Positions 18,507 through 24,000 of a stretch of DNA of 24,000 bases are shown one piece after another. Every line of letters starts with the position of its first letter. Position 1 is the first letter of the stretch. The translations under genes were made by a program, and so were the position numbers. This DNA is from Gammaproteobacteria bacterium (GTDB taxonomy: Bacteria > Pseudomonadota > Gammaproteobacteria > PS1 > Pseudothioglobaceae). Location of the stretch: NCBI GenBank assembly GCA_965203045.1, contig OZ241850.1:1586889-1610888 (forward strand), read 5' to 3'. The notes below the pieces were generated by a model. It ran no database searches, was not told the DNA's origin, and saw only the letters and a list, made by a program, of their open reading frames with translations.

Positions 18507-19624
18507 CGTTTTTTTAATTCTAACGTCATTTTAGTTGTTTGTTCTCGCTGAGTACTAGCCTTAATATTAACATCAAAGTCTTTGTTTAATTGGTTTTTAA
18601 AGTTTTCTAATTCATTCAAATTATTACTACTAATTTTAATTAATAAGCCCGCTTTAGTGTATTGTATAGAGTTTAAATCAATATTAGCATTAAAATTTTG
18701 CTCTAATTTTTGAATTAAACTTAGTAATTGCCCCTTACTAGCATTTGCTCTTGATTTAGCATAAGCTACCAATTGGGCATAAGGGTCGGCAACATTTTTT
18801 GCCAAAGGATTAATGCGTTTATAAATTTGAATCATTTGCTTATCTAACTGAGTGATTTTATGCTCGTCTTGAGCACTTTGAACCCATAAGTTCAATGGAT
18901 AGGATGTTAATAATATTGATAACAAAGCCATAGAGAACCAAAATGGCTTAATAGTTGTTAGCCAATTACTATCCCGTTCAAAAAGTTTTAAAAAATCAGC
19001 GGTTTTATCAACAACCAAATGTTTAACAAGCATAGTACCAATATTGTCAACATTATTATAATCATCTAATTTATATTTTTTAGCAAGCTCTTTGGTGCTC
19101 CAATATAGATCATTTTTCGGATTTAAGCCTTTTAATACCGCACCACTAATATCAGCGCTAATACCATAACAATTATTGCCATTTTTAATAATTACTTGAC
19201 CATTATCAAAAATAATTCGGTCTTGGTCGTCAAAATCCGCTAAAGATTTTGACTCTGATAATAATAAATACTGTTTTATATTAAGGCTTGTTAATTTTTT
19301 CAAATAAGTATCAAGCACATCTTTGGCAACCACACCTACCAAAATTTCATCACCTTTAATTTGATAATGATAATAAACTTCGTCTAAATCTTGACTAATT
19401 TTTTGTGATAAAGCAAAAGGGATTGCGGCTTTTTTTTGTTTCAGACTTTTAGCGGCGATGGTTAAAGTATGCCAAGCAACTACACTTGCTGGCATAAGGG
19501 CTATAATTTGATAATCTTTTAAATTTTTAGGCTGCTCACAGACGCTAAATTCATCATCACTTTGTTCTATGAAAACTAAGTCATCTTCTAAAGAAATACC
19601 AAACCGAATAAAAAGTTTTTTCAT
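18503..19624 (-). CDS. gspL: T2SS inner-membrane protein GspL
   Basis: 373 aa: a cytoplasmic N-domain, a central TM helix (PFWFSMALLSILLTSYPLNLWV) and a periplasmic C-domain. Sits between gspK and gspM with 4-nt overlaps. Confidence 0.65.
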   Translation of the reverse strand: MKKLFIRFGISLEDDLVFIEQSDDEFSVCEQPKNLKDYQIIALMPASVVAWHTLTIAAKSLKQKKAAIPFALSQKISQDLDEVYYHYQIKGDEILVGVVAKDVLDTYLKKLTSLNIKQYLLLSESKSLADFDDQDRIIFDNGQVIIKNGNNCYGISADISGAVLKGLNPKNDLYWSTKELAKKYKLDDYNNVDNIGTMLVKHLVVDKTADFLKLFERDSNWLTTIKPFWFSMALLSILLTSYPLNLWVQSAQDEHKITQLDKQMIQIYKRINPLAKNVADPYAQLVAYAKSRANASKGQLLSLIQKLEQNFNANIDLNSIQYTKAGLLIKISSNNLNELENFKNQLNKDFDVNIKASTQREQTTKMTLELKKR

Positions 19625-20556
19625 AAAAATACTCGTCTTACTTTTGCCACTGTTTTTTTGCTATTATCACGATAAAGATAAGTATTAACCGTTAAACCAC
19701 TGCTAGGGCTATCAATATTTGACTCTAATAAAAAATAAGCACTACTACTAGTTAGAAGTTTTTTTTTAACGCCAACATCACCAATAAAGGCTATAAATTC
19801 ATCTACACTTTTAAATCCTTCATTTTGTTGCTTTTTCAATACGTCTGCTAAAATTTCATCTTTTAAATTAATGCTTAAGGATTTTAAAACTATTTTACTG
19901 GCAGTATTGATATTAATTTTATTAACCGTTTTAGGTCCAATCCACACCCAAGGTTGTAAACGTCTTATAATACCTGCGCTAAAACCTTTGATTAAATTTA
20001 ATTCACTAAGATCGGTCATTGCAGAATTAGCTATTTTATAAGGCCTTTCTAAGGTAGTATAATAATTACTTTCAGCTCCAAATTGTGAATAACGGTTATC
20101 ATTACTGTCTAAATAATCCAATAAAGGGTCAGCTAATACACGTTTAATTCCCAAAGCATCAAACAACAAATACAACTGAGACAAATAATCATTATTATTT
20201 TTAGCAGCTAAATTGTTAAGGTTAATTTTACTTTGCAAATCAGTAATTTCGCCTGATAGAAATGAACGTCCTTCTTCAAAACTAAGGGTTGCATTATGCC
20301 AATTATCTAAAAAAGTATCAATTTTATGATGCGGATTTTCATCGCTCTTAATTAAATCTTTAACCAATAAATCCTCTGCCCAAGCTTCAATGCTCAAAGC
20401 ATGTAAAATCTGCTGTTGCGTATCTAACATCAATTGAGAGCTTTTAACAAAACGTTGCTGATTAACACTCATTTTACTACCAATTATCGCCACAATTGCC
20501 ACAATGATTAGCACCGATACAATAGCTACACCGTTTGTTTTTACTACTGATTTCAT
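19621..20556 (-). CDS. gspK: T2SS minor pseudopilin GspK
   Basis: Hydrophobic N-terminus NGVAIVSVLIIVAIVAII without the Glu5-type pilin motif. Also has DLQSKINLNNL, GAESNYYTTLERPYKIANSAMTDLSEL and ININTAS, which are typical GspK blocks. Confidence 0.8.
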   Translation of the reverse strand: MKSVVKTNGVAIVSVLIIVAIVAIIGSKMSVNQQRFVKSSQLMLDTQQQILHALSIEAWAEDLLVKDLIKSDENPHHKIDTFLDNWHNATLSFEEGRSFLSGEITDLQSKINLNNLAAKNNNDYLSQLYLLFDALGIKRVLADPLLDYLDSNDNRYSQFGAESNYYTTLERPYKIANSAMTDLSELNLIKGFSAGIIRRLQPWVWIGPKTVNKININTASKIVLKSLSINLKDEILADVLKKQQNEGFKSVDEFIAFIGDVGVKKKLLTSSSAYFLLESNIDSPSSGLTVNTYLYRDNSKKTVAKVRRVFL

Positions 20557-21134
20557 TAGTTAAATCCTGCGAAATAATCAGGCAATAATACCCAATACTC
20601 AAATTTACCAAATTCTTCTAAAGTGAGCTGAATTGCCAGATAAGTAGCTTGGGAAAATTTCCTAACTTTATTATGCTTTTTATTATAAAAAACTATCTTA
20701 AATTCCTCAACTTGGTCCAACATATCTTTAGTTTTAGAATCCTCTTCTAACTTTGGGTCTAAAACCTTCCAAGTGCGTCTAGTAAGTTTATCACCAATAA
20801 GTTCATAACGAATATGTTGTAGATTAGAACGTTTTTGGTCAGTCCAATTTTTCCACCCTCCTGATAATAAATCAAGACCTTTCTGCCCATAAGAGAAACT
20901 CGGAACACGATTACTAAAAGCGCCTTGATTATTGCGTTGAACCATTTGCATAATGTCTTTGGTCATTTGAATTAACGCCCGCTCTAGGCCAATAAACTGA
21001 GTTTGCGCTTGTTTAGTGCTTTCAAATTGAATAATAATACTATTAAGACTATTAATTGATAGCACACTAACAATAGCTAAAATGCTTACAGCAATTAAAA
21101 TTTCAATAAGAGTAAAGCCTTTATTTAGATTCAT
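20556..21134 (-). CDS. gspJ: T2SS minor pseudopilin GspJ
   Basis: Prepilin N-terminus MNLNKGFTLIEILIAVSILAIV. At 192 aa and located between gspI and gspK. Confidence 0.8.
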   Translation of the reverse strand: MNLNKGFTLIEILIAVSILAIVSVLSINSLNSIIIQFESTKQAQTQFIGLERALIQMTKDIMQMVQRNNQGAFSNRVPSFSYGQKGLDLLSGGWKNWTDQKRSNLQHIRYELIGDKLTRRTWKVLDPKLEEDSKTKDMLDQVEEFKIVFYNKKHNKVRKFSQATYLAIQLTLEEFGKFEYWVLLPDYFAGFN

Positions 21135-21450
21135 AAATATAACGACTTAAAATTGAGAGTTGTTTTTCGCCTAAATTGGCGCTGATAGTTACTTTGGAGA
21201 TATTTTTAATATCGGTTTTATCAATAGTTTTATCAAACTCATATTCGGAATGAGTGCTATCTTTCTCACTAACTAATTGATTCCAAACTTCATTTTGAGC
21301 AAGCATGGTACTCTTAAGAGCAAAAGTTTGATGCACACTGACTTGCCCAACATTTAAAAATGCCCCTAAAGCAAACGCTACAATCACAAGCGCAATTAGT
21401 ACCTCTACCAAAGTAAACCCTTTATTAGCCCAAGACACGATACACTTCAT
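21121..21450 (-). CDS. gspI: T2SS minor pseudopilin GspI
   Basis: Prepilin N-terminus ...NKGFTLVEVLIALVIVAFALGA, about 105 aa. An alternative GTG start at 21438 would give a shorter leader (MSWANKG). Either start overlaps the gspE 3' end. Confidence 0.8.
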   Translation of the reverse strand: MKCIVSWANKGFTLVEVLIALVIVAFALGAFLNVGQVSVHQTFALKSTMLAQNEVWNQLVSEKDSTHSEYEFDKTIDKTDIKNISKVTISANLGEKQLSILSRYIYESK

Positions 21451-22876
21451 CTAGGCTAGTCTTTCCAGTTGAGACTAAATTTAGGGCGTTATCTTTTAAA
21501 GTTTTTTGGGTCTTGGTGTGAGATTTTAATAGTTCTGACTCTGATGCTTGAGAATGAATTAACTCTTTGAGTTTTCTATCAATTTTTACTAATTCGTAAA
21601 TACCAATGCGACCACTATAACCACTATGCCCACAGGCTTTACAACCGGCAGCTTGATAAACTTTTATTTTTGCTCTATCTGCAAAATGCGTCTGCCATTG
21701 TTCTGAAGTAAATACTTGTTCTTTTTTGCACTTATCGCACAGTAGCCGCAATAATCTTTGGGCTAATACCCCAGCAATGCTAGATGCCAATAAAAAAGAC
21801 TCAACTCCCATATCCCGCAGACGGCTAATAGCACCAATAGCAGTATTGGTATGTAGAGTTGAAAACACCAAATGCCCAGTTAAGCTAGCTTGAATGGCAA
21901 TCTGTGCAGTCTCAATATCACGAATCTCACCCACCATAATCACATCTGGGTCTTGACGCAACATTGCTCTAATACTTTTAGCAAAAGTCATTCCAGTTTT
22001 AGCATTAACCGCAGTTTGATTTATACCATCAATATCGTATTCAATTGGGTCTTCTACTGTCATTAAATTACGTCTAAAATCATTTAACTCACTAAGGGCG
22101 GCATAAAGCGTAGTGGTCTTGCCAGAACCAGTCGGACCAGTCACCAAAATAATGCCCTGAGTCTGATGAATTAAATAATGCAAATCATCGTAAATATTTT
22201 TAGGCATCCCCAGATTAGACAAATTAAGCCTAACTATTTGTTTTTCCAGTAATCTAAGCACAATTTTTTCTGATTGAGCAGTGGGAATAGAAGATACGCG
22301 AATATCAATGGTCTTGTCATGTAATTTAGTGCCAATACGACCATCTTGAGGTAAACGTTTCTCAGCAATATCTAGTTTTGCCATCACTTTAATGCGCGCA
22401 ATAATGCGACTAGCAAGAGCATAATTTGGTTGTAGAATTTCTCTAAGGACACCATCAACGCGAAAACGAATGCGCATTCTGTTCTCATAAACTTCAATAT
22501 GAATATCTGAAGCCCCTTCACGCACCGCTTGGGCGATAAGCACATTAATTAATCTAGTGATTGGGGCATCATCACTGCTGGCAAGTAAGTCTTGAGTGTT
22601 TTGTAAAGACTGGGCAACACTTTCTAAATTATCTTCTTCTAAATTTTCAAAAGCAATTTGGGCTACCGCATCAGAATCATCATATAATTGCTGCAACATT
22701 TCTTCTAAAGTGGAAGAATTGACAATTTTAATCGCTAGCGGTTTTAGTTGATAGCGGCTAATTTCATTGAGTAAAGTAAGCTCAGGAATAGCCAAACAAT
22801 ACAAATAATAAGAGTTTTCTTGATAAACTAAAATTAAATTATTTTGTTGACAAAAAGTAAGCGGCAATTTAGTCAT
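21425..22876 (-). CDS. gspE: T2SS ATPase GspE
   Basis: Walker A VTGPTGSGKTTTLYA, Asp/His boxes (MVGEIRD, FSTLHTN), and the tetracysteine Zn motif CDKCK...CKACGHSGYSGRIGIYE. Length is 483 aa. Confidence 0.95.
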   Translation of the reverse strand: MTKLPLTFCQQNNLILVYQENSYYLYCLAIPELTLLNEISRYQLKPLAIKIVNSSTLEEMLQQLYDDSDAVAQIAFENLEEDNLESVAQSLQNTQDLLASSDDAPITRLINVLIAQAVREGASDIHIEVYENRMRIRFRVDGVLREILQPNYALASRIIARIKVMAKLDIAEKRLPQDGRIGTKLHDKTIDIRVSSIPTAQSEKIVLRLLEKQIVRLNLSNLGMPKNIYDDLHYLIHQTQGIILVTGPTGSGKTTTLYAALSELNDFRRNLMTVEDPIEYDIDGINQTAVNAKTGMTFAKSIRAMLRQDPDVIMVGEIRDIETAQIAIQASLTGHLVFSTLHTNTAIGAISRLRDMGVESFLLASSIAGVLAQRLLRLLCDKCKKEQVFTSEQWQTHFADRAKIKVYQAAGCKACGHSGYSGRIGIYELVKIDRKLKELIHSQASESELLKSHTKTQKTLKDNALNLVSTGKTSLDEVYRVLG

Positions 22877-22879
22877 AAT

Positions 22880-24000
22880 TTAGTCCTCATACCCATCATC
22901 ACCAAACTCATCTGCCTCGCTATTTACCAAACCAACACTATTGCCATTCAAATTGGCAACTGTGGTGTTTGTTTTATTAGGAGTATTTTTTGCTGGGATT
23001 TTTGTTAACGCTGATACTGAGGCTTTAACTGATTTTGTTGCTGGTACTTGAACTTTAGGTATATTATTTTGCATTGATTCTTCTTCTGGAAGCACAATAA
23101 AATTATCTTTATCAATTAACTCTAAAGGCGGACGACTATTGATTTTCTCATAAAGAGCTGAATATTTTTCTGATGATATTTCATGGCTGTCTCTAAAGTT
23201 TCTAATAATATTGGTTTTAATAAAGACCATAAGCGTGCGTTTTTCAGCGCTATTACGTCTGCTTTTAAATAAACCGCCAATAAAAGGAATATCGCCTAAA
23301 CCGCTAACTTTTTCAGTATTGTTTTCAGTTTGCTGTGTAGTTAAACCGCCAAGTACTAATATTTCTTTATCACTAATAATAACTGAGGTATCAATTTTAC
23401 GTTCATTAAAAAACGATGCTCCAATTACACCACCAGATGAGGTCTGTACATTTTCTACCTTTTGTTCAATATCAAGTTGCATAGCATCGCCTCTATTGAT
23501 TTGTGGTGTTACTTTAAGCGTAAGTCCCACTTGTTTACGTTCATAGCTGGTAAAAGGATTGCCATCATCACGTAAAGTTTGCCCAGTTAGCACCGGAACT
23601 TCTTGTCCAACAAACAATTCAGCTTCTTCATTATCCAAAGTAACTACCGATGGTGTGGACAAAATATTAGTATCTGCATTAGCTCGCAAAGCCTTTAATA
23701 ATGCTCCCCAACCACTATTGCCAGAAAAATTACCAATCGCTAAACTACTGCCAGAACCTAAGGCGCCAGGATTTAGATTACCATCACCCGCGCCTAATAA
23801 ATTAATAAGACTGCCAGCTCCACTAAAATCAATCAAACCAACTGCCGCCCCAGTATTAGCCGCCCAACGCACACCTAATTCGGCAAGATTGTTATCAGAA
23901 ACCTCCACAATAATTGCTTGGACTAAAACTTGGGCTTTACGAATATCTAGCTGAACAATAGCATTTTTAATCTTTTGCATGGTCTTGCCGGGAGCAAAAA
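22880..24000 (-). CDS. gspD: T2SS secretin GspD, partial (N-terminus lies beyond the window end)
   Basis: Secretin core ILSTPSVVTLDNEEAELFVGQEVPVLTG, VLGGL and GDIPFIGGLFKSRR. The reading frame stays open through position 24000 (..FAPGKT-MQKIK..), so the ATG at 23980 is internal. Confidence 0.93.
   Translation of the reverse strand, partial: FAPGKTMQKIKNAIVQLDIRKAQVLVQAIIVEVSDNNLAELGVRWAANTGAAVGLIDFSGAGSLINLLGAGDGNLNPGALGSGSSLAIGNFSGNSGWGALLKALRANADTNILSTPSVVTLDNEEAELFVGQEVPVLTGQTLRDDGNPFTSYERKQVGLTLKVTPQINRGDAMQLDIEQKVENVQTSSGGVIGASFFNERKIDTSVIISDKEILVLGGLTTQQTENNTEKVSGLGDIPFIGGLFKSRRNSAEKRTLMVFIKTNIIRNFRDSHEISSEKYSALYEKINSRPPLELIDKDNFIVLPEEESMQNNIPKVQVPATKSVKASVSALTKIPAKNTPNKTNTTVANLNGNSVGLVNSEADEFGDDGYED

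Noticed and set aside
23211-23954. Two long plus-strand ORFs (111 and 131 aa) antisense to gspD
   Set aside because: Their length is unusual for AT-rich DNA. However, the minus strand encodes an unmistakable secretin core, and the antisense translations are Ser/Pro/Leu-rich with no motifs. They most likely reflect codon bias in gspD.

Overview
This is a strongly AT-rich, very tightly packed proteobacterial chromosome segment. I judged composition by eye and all protein identifications come from recalled family motifs, with no database search.

Gene content, left to right:
- mgtE and recJ on the + strand.
- A minus-strand run of mixed housekeeping genes: ilvE, a zf-CHCC small protein, aroK, a TolC-family outer-membrane protein, and glyA.
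- A 489-bp AT-rich non-coding gap, which stands out in this compact context.
- A minus-strand periplasmic copper/nitrite operon: nirK, an exported unknown protein, and a Sco1/SenC::PCu(A)C fusion.
- An 83-codon fragment resembling the last two helices of NorB/CcoN, probably a gene remnant.
- A red-type (form IC/ID) RuBisCO operon, cbbL-cbbS-cbbX, with no divergent cbbR.
- A small unknown ORF, then argD-argF on the + strand.
- A minus-strand type II secretion cluster in the non-canonical order gspD(partial)-E-I-J-K-L-M-N-G-H, with no gspF.

I saw no tRNA or rRNA genes, CRISPR arrays, transposases, integrases or phage genes, so this looks like core genome rather than an accessory island. I cannot point to a clear-cut new multi-gene system.

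The best candidates for follow-up are:
- the nirK / unknown / Sco::PCuAC module;
- the NorB-like scar next to the RuBisCO cassette;
- a 10-bp tandem duplication that forms the zf-CHCC/aroK junction;
- the rearranged T2SS lacking gspF;
- the unexplained 489-bp spacer, which holds a 12-codon mini-ORF behind a near-perfect Shine-Dalgarno sequence.
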